Shown one piece after another: positions 62,741 through 64,000 of a stretch of DNA of 64,000 nt. The position numbers and the translations under genes are program-made. The notes beneath the pieces are model-generated. The model was not told the origin of the DNA and searched no databases. It saw nothing but the letters and a program-made list of their open reading frames with translations. Numbering within the stretch: the first letter of the stretch is position 1; every line of letters begins with the position of its first letter. The stretch is from Antedon mediterranea. Its lineage: Eukaryota > Animalia > Echinodermata. The DNA is taken from NCBI RefSeq assembly GCF_964355755.1, contig NC_092671.1, positions 33,924,304 to 33,988,303 on the forward strand, read 5' to 3'.

Positions 62741-64000
62741 AGAAAATGTGGTTAAAAGATGAACAGAAATACTATTACTAATGTTTGAAACAAAAAAACA
62801 TATCTACACAACTTATCCTTAGACAGTAATGTCATGTAATAACTGGTATTTAAATTGTTTTAATTTCATTGCTGTCCCCGAGGACATTTTGATAGAAACG
62901 TTAAGCTCAACAGTTCTTTTCAGAATGCTAGAAGTAACTTGCCATATGTATCCGATTAAACGCCCCAGGCATTTATTGTTCAAAAGGGTTTTTAGGAGAA
63001 AATGAGGCATCTTTATTTGGGGTATAATATGGTAACATGTATAATCAAATAAATACCATCTAGATGTAAAAAAATACAGCACAATTAATATCAAAAAGTG
63101 ATAAAATTATGTCAAAATGCTTGGTAAATTGTAGATTATGGTAGTTAATGAAATATGTTGACGTGATACAATTATTGTGTAAATGCATGTGGCAGGGTGT
63201 TCTATTAGAGGGAATGGTGGCGTTTATTTGAGGGAGGCTTTTATTCAAAGCGGGTGTTTATTCAAATAAATACTCTAATTTTAATAATTATCTTTCGTTT
63301 CTGATAAAAGGTACTTTACATGATTTGTTTTCCTCTTTATGATTTTTAACGAAATTTTTCTGTCTTTTAAAATAAAAGTGATAAATTCCATTAAATGGAT
63401 CTTCTTATCCAGCTGTCAGTGTAATGATACTGTATAAAACAATGACACATCATTATCCTGACACAATTGCACTCATAATGGATCTTCATTCTATCATCTG
63501 TTTCTTTGTAACTACAATTTGACAACAATCTTTTGCCTATTTTTAAATGCCAATACATTCATTACTATTGTACAATATGTCCAGCTTTCCTGAAAACACC
63601 CTTGTGTACTGTAGTACAGTGTTGTAGTATGATTTTATCATGATAACTTCTGATGCTGTTATTGTCAATGCATTCAGTACCTAAAACATGTCAAAGTTTC
63701 TAGTGGTATTGATAATAAATCTCCAGAAATATATATTGTTTTATTATCTACTGGGAACAGACATGTATATCTATAAGTTTTGCCGGTGACATCCAAAAAT
63801 ATTATGCAACAGTGTTACGGAATAATGACAATGAATTGGTCTATTATAGTTGTATCTGATACCTTTTATTACATGATTGTATTTGCACCAGGATAGAATG
63901 AGGTTTAATCCAGTTATTATTGTTATTATATTAATTTTTATATATCTGGGGTGTATTTATTTGATTATACCTGTTACCATTATTACACCCAAACAAAATA

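Overview
AT-rich eukaryotic (invertebrate) genomic DNA. The GT-AG introns, Link-module gene, 2A-bearing CR1 and abundant TAGGCCTA/TACAGTA motifs suggest an echinoderm or other non-vertebrate deuterostome (inference). The window is almost all nested transposons. In the first 35 kb, one minus-strand APE-type LINE has its endonuclease domain split into four pieces by a Helitron (413-13462), a giant foldback element (13726-31597) and an Academ-like element (31754-34181). The most striking structure is a non-coding foldback family present twice (618-12601, 13726-31597). It has CACCCGATTCTGTAGC termini and 7-bp target-site duplications (TSDs). With younger insertions removed, each copy is a ~8.45-kb near-perfect palindrome with two ~4.1-kb arms and a short core. 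One old insertion is mirrored in both arms, while young ones (Academ, Helitron, MULE, Merlin-like, CGCG-MITE) sit in one arm only. Downstream are decayed LINEs, a solo LTR, a decayed Academ, Harbinger-like and Helentron-type elements. There is one apparently intact host gene (exons 52430-52720, 53027-53051, 56099-57048) encoding a secreted PAN/Apple + 3x Link-module protein. Superfamily calls rest on termini, TSD length and recognisable motifs read by eye; no database search was run.
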